Shown here piece by piece: positions 10,423 to 19,355 of a stretch of DNA of 64,000 nucleotides (its first letter is position 1; every line of letters begins with the position of its first letter). Origin of the DNA: Alphaproteobacteria bacterium (GTDB lineage: Bacteria; Pseudomonadota; Alphaproteobacteria; CALKHQ01); NCBI GenBank assembly GCA_965227515.1, contig CBDDFZ010000001.1, forward strand, positions 2,016,001 to 2,080,000, in the 5' to 3' direction. A program made the position numbers and the translations under genes. Below the pieces are notes generated by a model, which saw only the letters and a program-made list of their open reading frames with translations, did no database searches and was not told where the DNA came from.

Positions 10423-10511
10423 GTCATGCGCGGACTTGTTCCGCGTATCCACGCCTTGGGCGAGGTGTGGCCAACAAGACGTGGATGGTCGGGACAAGCC
10501 CGACCATGACG
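10423..10511. repeat. CGTC-type REP doublet
   Basis: GTCATGCGCGGACTTGTTCCGCGTATCCACG...CGTGGATGGTCGGGACAAGCCCGACCATGACG; similar to 34926 and 37482. Confidence 0.88.
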
Positions 10512-10524
10512 ATTGTGAGTTGCG

Positions 10525-11556
10525 ATGGGGGCGGCGCGCACGGTGACTAGACCCCTGATCTTCATGGACCCCGATCCGCGCACGCCTGAGATGGTGCTGA
10601 CCGACGACACCCGCGCCGCGCTGGAGGCGATGGGCGACTTGGTGGTCCATTTCGGCGGCCGCGCGCCCGACGACCTGGTCGAGCGGCACCTGGCCGACAT
10701 GGCTGTTTTGGTCGGGCAGACCGCGATGCCGGCCGAGCGGCTGGACCGCGCGCCGAACCTGCGCGCCATCATCAATGTGAAGGGCAATTGGGAGCCCAAT
10801 ATCGACTACGCCACAGCCCATGCGCGCGGCATCCACGTGCTGTCTGCTGCGCCCGCGATGGCGCCCGCGGTGGCGGAGGCGGCACTCGGCTTTGCCATCG
10901 CGCTGGGCCGCGGCATCGTGCACGCCGACCGCGCGTTCCGCGAGGGGCGGGAGGCCTATGGCATCGCCGGCAACCGCGACGCGGTGAGCCTCTATGGCGC
11001 GCCGGTCGGGCTGATCGGCTACGGCAATCTGGGCCGTGCGCTGGCGCCGTTGCTGCGCCCATTCGGCGGCCGCCTGATGGTCCACGACCCCTGGCTGTCG
11101 GATGGCTATCTGCGTGCCGAGGGGCTGGAGCCGATGGCCCTGGACGAGCTGCTGCGCGCCTCCCGGTTCCTGTTCGTCCTGGCCGGCGTCACCACAGAGA
11201 ACGAGGGGTTCCTGGACCGCGCCAAGCTGGAATTGTTGCCGGACGATGCCTGCGTTGTGCTCGCCAGCCGGGCCGAAGTGGTCGACTTCGACGACCTGGT
11301 CGCGCTGGCCGATGCCGGGCGGCTGCGCGTCGCGTTCGACGTGTTTCCGCAGGAGCCGGCGCCGGCGGACGCGGCCGTGCGCAATGTCGGTGGCAAGACC
11401 ATCCTGTCCGCCCACCGTGCCGGCGGCATCGCCGCATCCTATGCGCGCATCCGCGAGATGATGGTCGACGACATCGGCCAGATCCTGGCCGGCCTGGCCC
11501 CGCAGCGCCTGCAACCCGCGGTGCCGGCCCAGGCCGCGATCATGCGGAGCAGGTGA
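10525..11556 (+). CDS. D-isomer-specific 2-hydroxyacid dehydrogenase family protein
   Basis: GLIGYGNLG Rossmann motif, SR, FDVF..EP, SAHRAG. Confidence 0.85.
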   Translation: MGAARTVTRPLIFMDPDPRTPEMVLTDDTRAALEAMGDLVVHFGGRAPDDLVERHLADMAVLVGQTAMPAERLDRAPNLRAIINVKGNWEPNIDYATAHARGIHVLSAAPAMAPAVAEAALGFAIALGRGIVHADRAFREGREAYGIAGNRDAVSLYGAPVGLIGYGNLGRALAPLLRPFGGRLMVHDPWLSDGYLRAEGLEPMALDELLRASRFLFVLAGVTTENEGFLDRAKLELLPDDACVVLASRAEVVDFDDLVALADAGRLRVAFDVFPQEPAPADAAVRNVGGKTILSAHRAGGIAASYARIREMMVDDIGQILAGLAPQRLQPAVPAQAAIMRSR

Positions 11557-11566
11557 AGAGGGACGC

Positions 11567-12682
11567 ATGTCAAATCTCAGCCTGATCAACATCAACAAGT
11601 CGTTCGGCACCACCCAGGTGATCCACGATGTGTCGCTGGAGATCGCGCACGGCGAGTTCGTGGTGCTGGTCGGCCCGTCCGGGTGCGGCAAGTCCACGCT
11701 GCTGCGCATCACCGCCGGCCTGGAGCAGGCCACCTCCGGCGACATCATGATCGACGGCGAGCGGGTGAACGGGGTGCCGGCGTCCGACCGTGGGCTGGCG
11801 ATGGTGTTCCAGTCCTACGCGCTCTATCCGCATATGTCGGTCTACAAGAACATCTCGTTCGGGCTTGAGAACGCGCGCATGCCGCGCGACGAGATCGACG
11901 CCCGCGTGCGCCAGGCCGCCGAGATGCTGCGCATGACCGACTATCTGGACCGCAAGCCGAAGGCGCTCAGCGGCGGCCAGCGCCAGCGCGTCGCCATCGG
12001 CCGCGCCATCGTGCGCAACCCGAAGATTTTCCTGTTCGACGAGCCGCTGTCCAACCTGGATGCCGAACTGCGCGTCACCATGCGCAAGGAGCTGGCGGCG
12101 CTGCACAATTCCATCGGCGACACGATGATCTACGTGACCCACGACCAGGTCGAGGCGATGACACTGGCCGACCGCATCGTGGTGCTGCGCGACGGACGGA
12201 TCGAGCAGGTGGGCTCGCCGCTGGAACTCTACAACCGGCCGCAGAACCAGTTCGTTGCCGGGTTCATTGGCTCGCCGAAGATGAACTTCCTGCCGGCGCG
12301 GGTGGCCAGTGCCGATGCCACCGGCGCGCAGCTGGAGATCGACGGCGGCGGCACGCTCAGCCTGCCTTATGCGGTGGGCCACGCGACGCCCGGCGACCGG
12401 GTTACTGTCGGCGTGCGGCCGGAGCATTTCGAGGTCCACTACGAGCCGTCGCAAGAGCGGCCCACCGATATCAGCGTCAACATCGACCTCGATGAGCAGC
12501 TCGGCGGCGAGACCTATTTCTACTGCACGTCGGAGACCGGCACGCCGCTGACCATCCACCAGCCGGGCCAGCAGGCGCCCCACGCCGGCCAGCAACTGCA
12601 CGTCGCGATCCCGCCCGCCGCCGCCCACATCTTCGATGCCGGCGGCCGGATCCTCGCCAGCGGCGGGGATGCAGGGGGCTAG
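11567..12682 (+). CDS. Carbohydrate ABC transporter ATP-binding protein (MalK/UgpC-like)
   Basis: GPSGCGKS, LSGGQRQR, FDEPLSNLD. Confidence 0.96.
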   Translation: MSNLSLININKSFGTTQVIHDVSLEIAHGEFVVLVGPSGCGKSTLLRITAGLEQATSGDIMIDGERVNGVPASDRGLAMVFQSYALYPHMSVYKNISFGLENARMPRDEIDARVRQAAEMLRMTDYLDRKPKALSGGQRQRVAIGRAIVRNPKIFLFDEPLSNLDAELRVTMRKELAALHNSIGDTMIYVTHDQVEAMTLADRIVVLRDGRIEQVGSPLELYNRPQNQFVAGFIGSPKMNFLPARVASADATGAQLEIDGGGTLSLPYAVGHATPGDRVTVGVRPEHFEVHYEPSQERPTDISVNIDLDEQLGGETYFYCTSETGTPLTIHQPGQQAPHAGQQLHVAIPPAAAHIFDAGGRILASGGDAGG

Positions 12683-12734
12683 CACGGCCAATTGTTGCCC
12701 GCTGTCACCGGTTCCGGAAGCTAGAAGCCGAAGC

Positions 12735-13786
12735 TAGAGCGGGGTCTTTTTTGGAAGAATCGAAAGGGGATTCCCGACTCGGGTGGCAATCTGATTCAAC
12801 GTGTTGGTCTTGAGAGGAGGCTGGCGCGATGGGTCGACCCTATTCGAATGATCTTCGTGAGCGTGCTGTTGCCCGGGTGATGGCCGGTGAGACGGTTCGC
12901 TCTGTGGCATCCGCGTTCGATGTGAGCGTGTCTGCGGTTGTGAAGTGGTCGCAGCGATATCGGCGCACCGGGAGCGTTGCGCCGGGCAAGGTCGGTGGCC
13001 ACAAGCGGATCATATTGGCGCCGCATCGCGACTTCGTGCAGGCTCGTTTGGCTGCCGAGCCGCACCTTCCCTTGCGCTCCTTGCAGCGCGAGTTGGCCGA
13101 TCGCGGCATCCGGGTGAGCTACGGCGCGATCTGGCGCTTTGTGCATGCCGAGGGATTGAGCTTCAAAAAAAACCGCGTTCGCCAGCGAGCAGGATCGTCC
13201 CGACGTGGCGCGGCGCCGCGCGCGCTGGAAGCGTCATCAGGCGAAACTTGATCCCGCCCGCCTGGTCTTCATTGACGAGACCTGGGCCAAGACCAACATG
13301 GCGCCGTTGCGGGGCTGGAGCCGGCGCGGCCGGCGCCTCGTCGGCAAGGCACCGCACGGCCGCTGGCGCACCCTGACCTTCCTCGCTGCTCTGCGCTGCG
13401 ACCAGCTCACCGCACCGTGCGTCTTCGACGGCCCGATTAACGGTCAGGCCTTCCTCGCCTATGTCGAGCAAATCCTGGTGCCGACGCTCAAACCCGGCGA
13501 CATCGTCATCATGGACAACCTGGGCAGCCACAAGGGCAAGGCCGTACGGGCCGCCCTGCGCCAAGCCGGCGCAAGGCTGCTCTTCCTGCCGCCCTACAGC
13601 CCCGACCTCAATCCCATCGAGCAGGTGTTCGCCAAGCTCAAGCACCTGCTCAGGCGCGCCGCAGAGCGCACCATCGACGACACATGGCGGCGTATCGGAA
13701 AACTACTCGACGCGTTCCAGCCACACGAATGCAACAACTACATCGTCAATGCAGGATACGCTTCCGCATAAAACGATCCCGCTCTA
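12735..13786 (+). mobile_element. IS630-family insertion sequence
   Basis: Ends CTAGAGCGGG (12734-12743) and CCCGCTCTAG (13778-13787); TA duplication within CTAG; two-ORF transposase. Confidence 0.93.
12829..13771 (+). CDS. IS630 transposase (HTH ORF 12829.. plus DDE ORF ..13771, joined by a frameshift at the A8 run)
   Basis: MGRPYSNDLRER HTH; slippery CTTCAAAAAAAAC with A8 at 13165-13172; FIDET, MDNL, LPPYSPDLNPIE. Confidence 0.92.
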
Positions 13787-13792
13787 GGAGAG

Positions 13793-13826
13793 AAGGCCGT
13801 CCCGTTCGCGGGGCGGCCTTTTCTTT
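13793..13826 (+). terminator. Probable intrinsic terminator of the sugar ABC operon
   Basis: AAGGCCGTCCCG-TTCG-CGGGGCGGCCTT stem-loop followed by TTCTTT. Confidence 0.8.
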
Positions 13827-13862
13827 GTGATGGGAGGGCGTTCGCACCAACACAAGAGCTAT

Positions 13863-14040
13863 TGTCGCCCTCGCCCTTGTGGCGAGGGCCCATGGATATG
13901 CGGGATCAAGACGAGCCTGGTATGGCCGAATCCTTGCGGTGCAATGCGTATCGTAGTAATGCCACCAAAATCGTGCCTAGCCTTTAATGCGTTGAAATAT
14001 TGGACATAAATGGATCCTCGGGACAGGCCCGAGGATGACG
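13863..14040. repeat. CGTC/TGTC-type REP doublet with AT-rich spacer
   Basis: TGTCGCCCTCGCCCTTGTGGCGAGGGCCCA...TGGATCCTCGGGACAGGCCCGAGGATGACG. Confidence 0.75.
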
Positions 14041-14070
14041 ATCGCGTTTAGTGAGGGCCCGCGCGCCAAC

Positions 14071-15624
14071 CTAATCCTCCGCGTCGACGATCTCAGCGCC
14101 ATTGACGCCCGCGGTCTTGGCAAGCTGCTTCAGCCGCGCCTGCACCGCGTCGCTGTCCGGCACGCTGTCCTGGTTCAGCACCTCCAGCCGCACCGCGTCT
14201 GCATCGATGCGCAGGCGCGCGTGGGTCAGGATCTCCGGCACGCTGGCGGAGAAGCGATGGCCCAGCAGCAGGGCGCGGCCCAGGATTTCCGCGCGCCTGA
14301 GCTCGCTCGGCCGCAGCAGATCGCCGATGGCGGCCTTCACCGTATCGTCCACCTTGCCGCCGTAGCGGGCCAGGATCGTCACGGCCAGGAACGCGCGTTC
14401 CGGGTGAGTGATGCCGACGAACGGGAATTGCAGCAGCCGGGTGAAGCTGTCGCCGGCGCGCACCTTGGCGTGGTCGCGCCATGACATGTCGGTCAGCGCG
14501 CAGGCCGCCAGCCTGAGCCGCCGGTCGGTCTGCGATTCGCCGGTGAACAAATCGTCGGTCCAGTCGGCCAGCGCCTGGCTGAACTCGGGCACCCGCGCGA
14601 TCGGCAGGCCGATGGCCTGTGCCCCCTCCAGCAGCGGATCGCGATACTGCTCCTCTTCGTCGAGCTGGCAGTAGAGCCAGCCCTCGCGCAGCCCGTAGGC
14701 GGAGAACACCGCCCGGTCGGGCTTCAGGTTCTTCAGAACGCGCGACATCACCAGGGCGGCGGCGGGCAGGGTGTCGATGCGCCGGCTCGGCACGTCGGGC
14801 AGGGCCGCGACCTCGTCGGGCGACATGCGCGCGATTTTCTTGGCCAGCCCGCGGATTTCCTCGGCCGGCAGCTCATAGCCATGGACGACGCTGATCGGCC
14901 ATGCGGTCTTGGCGATGTGCACCCGGGCCAGCGCCCGCCAGCCGCCGCCGATGGCGTGCAGCACTGGCTCGGTCAGCAACGGCGGCAGGCTCTCCTGCAA
15001 GATGGCGTCGATCTGCTTCTTGGCGGCGTCGACCCCATCTTCCATCATCTTCAGCACCGGCAGCGCGCCGAGCGGCATGCTAACGGTGCGCTCGCCGACA
15101 TGGTCGCCCACCACCTCCGCCACTTCCAGGCTGCCGCCGCCGATGTCGCCGACCAGCCCCTTCGGCTGGAAGAAGCCGGAGATGACGCCGTAGGAGGTGT
15201 AGTACGCCTCCTCGTCGCCGGTCAGCACACGCGCCTTCAATCCGGTCGTTTTCTTGATCGCCGCGACCAGCGCCTTGCCGTTGCCGGCCCGGCGGGTCGC
15301 CTCGGTCGCGATCACGTCGATGCGTTGCACATCCATCGCCGTGGCGATGGCGTGAAAGCGCTCGATGGCGTGCAGCGCGCTGGCGATCGCGTCGTCGGTG
15401 AAATCGCCGTTCTTGTCCATGCCGGCGCCGAGCGCGCACAGCGCCTTTTCATTGAAGCGCGGGAACGGCGACCGGCTCAGGTCGTCGTAGACCACCAACC
15501 GAATCGAGTTGGAGCCGATGTCGATGACGCCATAGTGCTGCTGCTGGCGGCCGAGCACGCGGTCGGTATCGATCTCGATGGTGCGCGGCGCGGTCTCGCG
15601 CTGCGATGACAGGCCGATGGCCAT
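14071..15624 (-). CDS. ppx: Ppx/GppA exopolyphosphatase
   Basis: IDIGSNSIRL, ATEATR, DIGGGSLE, GLREG motifs. Confidence 0.94.
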   Translation of the reverse strand: MAIGLSSQRETAPRTIEIDTDRVLGRQQQHYGVIDIGSNSIRLVVYDDLSRSPFPRFNEKALCALGAGMDKNGDFTDDAIASALHAIERFHAIATAMDVQRIDVIATEATRRAGNGKALVAAIKKTTGLKARVLTGDEEAYYTSYGVISGFFQPKGLVGDIGGGSLEVAEVVGDHVGERTVSMPLGALPVLKMMEDGVDAAKKQIDAILQESLPPLLTEPVLHAIGGGWRALARVHIAKTAWPISVVHGYELPAEEIRGLAKKIARMSPDEVAALPDVPSRRIDTLPAAALVMSRVLKNLKPDRAVFSAYGLREGWLYCQLDEEEQYRDPLLEGAQAIGLPIARVPEFSQALADWTDDLFTGESQTDRRLRLAACALTDMSWRDHAKVRAGDSFTRLLQFPFVGITHPERAFLAVTILARYGGKVDDTVKAAIGDLLRPSELRRAEILGRALLLGHRFSASVPEILTHARLRIDADAVRLEVLNQDSVPDSDAVQARLKQLAKTAGVNGAEIVDAED

Positions 15625-15673
15625 TTCCCTCTCGCTCGGGTCCCCCGTTCCGCCGCCATGTTACAGGACCCGG

Positions 15674-15720
15674 ACCCTGGATCATAACACCCTGGGTCAT
15701 AACACCCTGGGTCCTAACAC
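15674..15720. repeat. Three tandem 15-bp repeats (ACCCTGGRTCMTAAC)
   Basis: Units at 15674, 15689 and 15704, between divergent genes. Confidence 0.85.
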
Positions 15721-15768
15721 GCTTGACCCCTACGACCGGCGGAGATCGCGCGCGCCAGAAACTTCGCA

Positions 15769-15802
15769 TTGACATATTATGCGAATGAGAAGCATTCTCA
15801 TA
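15769..15802 (+). promoter_or_regulatory. Sigma70-type -35 (TTGACA) with an overlapping Fur-box-like operator
   Basis: TTGACA at 15769-15774. AATGAGAAGCATTCTCATA (15784-15802) matches the Fur-like sequence AATGAGAATCATTCTCATT at 17/19. Confidence 0.7.
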
Positions 15803-15841
15803 TCAGAACTTGACCTCGAACCGAATGAGGGTGGGATCGGC

Positions 15842-16444
15842 ATGCTGAGAACGGCAGACCTTTCGGCGGCGCAGCAACTGGTCGTTTGGAGCGCGCGAAC
15901 CTGGGTGACAGGCTTCCGCAACCGGCGCCCGGCGCTGGACGCTCTGGAGCGGGCGTACGCGATGGCCGGCGCGGCGGCGGCCGCGTTCGAGGTCGACGAA
16001 GTGTTCAGCCTGTTGAGCCACGGCGCGCGCCAGACCCTTTGCTTCGGCGCCGGCCACTGCCCGGCGGTGCATCCCGTGGAGGCGGTGCTGGTGAATTGCC
16101 TCGCCGCCTTTCAACAGGGCCGGGATGAGGCCGCCGCCGTGCTGATGAAGCACCTGATGTGGCAGCCGGAGGCGTTCATGGCGAGCGCGCCGGCGCGGCG
16201 CTGGGCACAAGCCATCGATGCCGCGGGCTGGTCGCTGACTTCGGTCGCGCCCGCTACGGCCGCATCGACAAGCCCGGCGGCCAATGACAACCATGGCGAT
16301 GACACACTTGGCAGTGCGGACATGGGCGACGGTGTCCTCGCATTCATGGCGCCCAACCGCGACGGCCTGCCGTTGGCGCTGAACGAGGCACTACTGCGCC
16401 GTGCGCAGCAGGCACCGATGCATCCTCCCATACAACCGCATTGA
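15842..16444 (+). CDS. Hypothetical protein with C..H/C...E motif (probably iron-regulated)
   Basis: ATG at 15842 after GAGGGTGGG; LCFGAGHCPAVHPVEAVL; lies downstream of the Fur-like box. Confidence 0.7.
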   Translation: MLRTADLSAAQQLVVWSARTWVTGFRNRRPALDALERAYAMAGAAAAAFEVDEVFSLLSHGARQTLCFGAGHCPAVHPVEAVLVNCLAAFQQGRDEAAAVLMKHLMWQPEAFMASAPARRWAQAIDAAGWSLTSVAPATAASTSPAANDNHGDDTLGSADMGDGVLAFMAPNRDGLPLALNEALLRRAQQAPMHPPIQPH

Positions 16445-16474
16445 ACCGTTCCGCCGCCGGCGTCGACCACCCTG

Positions 16475-16604
16475 CTGAGAGCACTTTTCGTTTGAACTGC
16501 GCCAGCCCGCACCCCACCCGGCCACCCAACGCAAGTATCGTGTCTGGGTGGCCGGGTGGGGGTGCGGGCCGGTACCGACTCAGCGCAAGCGAAAAGCGAT
16601 CTAG
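16475..16604. mobile_element. ~130-bp MITE-like hairpin element, copy 1
   Basis: Core CTGCGCCAGCCC...GGGTGGCCGGGTGGGGG..GGGCCGGTACCGACT; imperfect TIRs ending CTAG; absent from the paralogous upstream region at 17951-18014. Confidence 0.75.
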
Positions 16605-16628
16605 TTGGGGAACGACAGGGAGGCGGCC

Positions 16629-17918
16629 ATGCCCATTCTTTTGGCGGATTTGCAATCGACACTTGGCAAGTCCCGGCTAGGGGAGGGCGCGGCCGAGGCC
16701 GCCTCAAGCCTGTCGGCGTTCGCACCGGCGGAGACGACCGGTTGGACAGAGGCCACCGGCGAGGCACCGGACAAGACCGCGGACGAACCGGCGGCCGACG
16801 AGCAGGCGGACTTCGGCGGTGGCGATACCAAGACCACGGTCAGCGGTGGGCTTGCCGGCCACGCGCCGGCGCCCGAAGGCCTGAAGGCATCCACGGACAT
16901 CGACAGCCATGAGGCCGGGTCGTTCGGCGCATTCGGGGGTGTGATGCCGCTCAGCGGCTCCATCGTCGGCAGCGATGGCGACGACATCATCCATGGCACG
17001 GCCCACGACGACATCATTCTGGACCACGGGTCCGGCAGTGCCTGGGTCTTCGACAATGACGAGATGTTCGGGCATGGCGGCAACGACATCCTGATCGCCA
17101 GTCTGGGCGATGACACCCTGCACGGGGGCGACGGCACGGACTCGCTCTATGGCGGGGATGGCGCCGATACGCTGAACGGCGACGATGGCTTCGACTTTCT
17201 GTATGGCGGCGCCGGCGGCGACACGCTGAATGCGGGCGCCGGAACCGGGGCTGTGATGTATGGCGAGGACGGCGACGACATCATCAATGGCGGCGCCGGC
17301 AACGACTGGGTGCGCGGCGGCAACCACGACGACACGATCACTGGCGGTGGCGGCAGGGACCGATTGTGGGGCGACGGGTACGAGAGCGCGTTCCAGGCGC
17401 AAGGCAACGACACCATTCTGGGCGGCGATGGCGACGACGACATCTATGGCATGGGCGGCGACGACTTCCTGGACGGCGGTGACGGCAATGACGTGATCTG
17501 CGGCGAGGAAGGCAACGACACCATGCTCGGCGGGCAGGGCAACGATATCCTGTTCGACGGCCGTATCGATCCGGTGGTGGGCTACAAGGCCCGGTCGGGC
17601 TACGCCTTCATGGACGGTGGCGACGGCATCGACCAGCTTATCGGCGCGACCGGTGCCAACATCATGACCGGTGGCGCCGGCGCCGACATCTTCGCGGCCG
17701 CGCTGCCGGACCCGAGCGGCCAGGGCTGGAATGTCCACGACGACCTGGTCTTCAACACCGTCACCGACTACAGCGCGGCGCAGGGCGACCAGGTCGTGGG
17801 GAACGCCACGGTGCAGGTGGGCGCCAACGTCCACGTCACCGATGGTGACGGAACCCTGCTGTTCGTGCTGATCGGGGTGGATCTGACCACCGAGACCGTC
17901 GATCTGATCCCGATGTAG
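16629..17918 (+). CDS. RTX Ca-binding repeat protein, tandem paralog 1
   Basis: GGAGG RBS before ATG 16629; GGxGxD repeats; C-terminus shared with the next two genes. Confidence 0.9.
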   Translation: MPILLADLQSTLGKSRLGEGAAEAASSLSAFAPAETTGWTEATGEAPDKTADEPAADEQADFGGGDTKTTVSGGLAGHAPAPEGLKASTDIDSHEAGSFGAFGGVMPLSGSIVGSDGDDIIHGTAHDDIILDHGSGSAWVFDNDEMFGHGGNDILIASLGDDTLHGGDGTDSLYGGDGADTLNGDDGFDFLYGGAGGDTLNAGAGTGAVMYGEDGDDIINGGAGNDWVRGGNHDDTITGGGGRDRLWGDGYESAFQAQGNDTILGGDGDDDIYGMGGDDFLDGGDGNDVICGEEGNDTMLGGQGNDILFDGRIDPVVGYKARSGYAFMDGGDGIDQLIGATGANIMTGGAGADIFAAALPDPSGQGWNVHDDLVFNTVTDYSAAQGDQVVGNATVQVGANVHVTDGDGTLLFVLIGVDLTTETVDLIPM

Positions 17919-18014
17919 CGGCGCCAACGGGCTGCCGCGCACGCAGACCGATTGAACCGAACCGCCGCCGGTGGCGACCAACCTGCATAGTCAGGGAGCG
18001 ACACGGAGGCGGCC

Positions 18015-19307
18015 ATGCCTGTCCAATTGCCTGTTCTGCAGTCGACGCTGGGCAAAGCCCGTTTGAACGACAATCCAACACAGAACTTTCGCAGGCTGAC
18101 GGCGCTGTCGCCGCAAGAGGCGGCCGGGTCGAAGGAGCCGGTCGAAGCCGAGCCGACCAAGACCGTCGTGGCGCCGGACAGTTCGGAAAAGCCGACCTTC
18201 GGCGAGGCCACCGTCAAGACATCCAGCATCGGGCTGGTGGCCGGATTTGTTCCGGCGCCCGGCGGCTATGGGCCGATTTCGCCGGTAAGTGGCTATCAGG
18301 CCGAGGCGATCGACCCCTGCGACAACGTGCTGATGCCGCTCAGCGGCACCTTCGTCGGCACCCATGGCGACGACGTCCTGCATGGGACAGACTGTGACGA
18401 CATCATTGTGGACCATGAGGTCGGCGACGCCTGGGTCTACGACGATGACGAGATGTTCGGGCACGGCGGCGACGACACCATGAGCGCCGGGTTGGGCGAC
18501 GACATCCTGCACGGCGGCGATGGCGGCGACAGCCTCTATGGCGGGTTCGGCGACGACACGCTGAACGGCGACGATGGCGCGGACCACCTGTTCGGCGGTG
18601 GCGGCAACGACACGCTGATCGCAGGTGCTGGACAGACATCGGTCATGCGCGGCGAGGACGGCAATGACACCATCATCGGCGGCGACGGATATGACTGGGT
18701 GCGCGGCGGCTCCCACGACGACTACATCGAAGGCGGTGCCGGCAACGACTTCCTGTGGGGCGACGATGTGGACAGCCTGGCCGCCAGCCCCGGCAACGAC
18801 ACCATTCTGGGCGGCGAAGGCGACGACACGCTTGAGGGCATGGGCGGCAATGACCACCTGGACGGCGGCGTCGGCAACGACGAACTCTCCGCCGGATCGG
18901 GCGACGACTTCCTGATGGGTGGCGACGGCGACGACGTGCTGGTCGATGGGCGGCTCGATACGGTCTTTGGTTTCGTTGCGCTGTCGGGCAACGACGTCAT
19001 GGACGGCGGCGCCGGCGACGACGTGCTGGTCGGCATGACCGGTGCCAACATCATGACCGGTGGCGCGGGCGCCGACATCTTCATTGCCGTGATGACCGCC
19101 GGCCCGTCCGGCGACCCGGAACCCCACGACGAATTCGTTCTCAACACGGTCACCGACTACGACGAGGCCCAAGGCGACCGGATACAGGGCAACAACGCCT
19201 TTCAGGTCGGCGACAACGTGCACGTGACGGACGGCGACAACAATCTGCTGTTCATCGTGCTCGACTACGACCTGACATTCCAAAGCATCGATCTGATGCC
19301 GATCTAG
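18015..19307 (+). CDS. RTX Ca-binding repeat protein, tandem paralog 2
   Basis: GGxGxD repeats; N-terminal LQSTLGKARL resembles paralog 1 (LQSTLGKSRL). Confidence 0.9.
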   Translation: MPVQLPVLQSTLGKARLNDNPTQNFRRLTALSPQEAAGSKEPVEAEPTKTVVAPDSSEKPTFGEATVKTSSIGLVAGFVPAPGGYGPISPVSGYQAEAIDPCDNVLMPLSGTFVGTHGDDVLHGTDCDDIIVDHEVGDAWVYDDDEMFGHGGDDTMSAGLGDDILHGGDGGDSLYGGFGDDTLNGDDGADHLFGGGGNDTLIAGAGQTSVMRGEDGNDTIIGGDGYDWVRGGSHDDYIEGGAGNDFLWGDDVDSLAASPGNDTILGGEGDDTLEGMGGNDHLDGGVGNDELSAGSGDDFLMGGDGDDVLVDGRLDTVFGFVALSGNDVMDGGAGDDVLVGMTGANIMTGGAGADIFIAVMTAGPSGDPEPHDEFVLNTVTDYDEAQGDRIQGNNAFQVGDNVHVTDGDNNLLFIVLDYDLTFQSIDLMPI

Positions 19308-19355
19308 CAGCGCACCTACCGTCCATTTGGCCGACCGCCTCAGCCGGAGCCGATC

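Noticed and set aside
12829-13771. IS630 and IS5 split ORFs as pseudogenes
   Set aside because: The breaks coincide with slippery runs typical of programmed frameshifting in these families, and the element ends are intact.
15674-15720. Mini CRISPR array
   Set aside because: The 15-bp units are contiguous with no spacers, and no cas genes are present.
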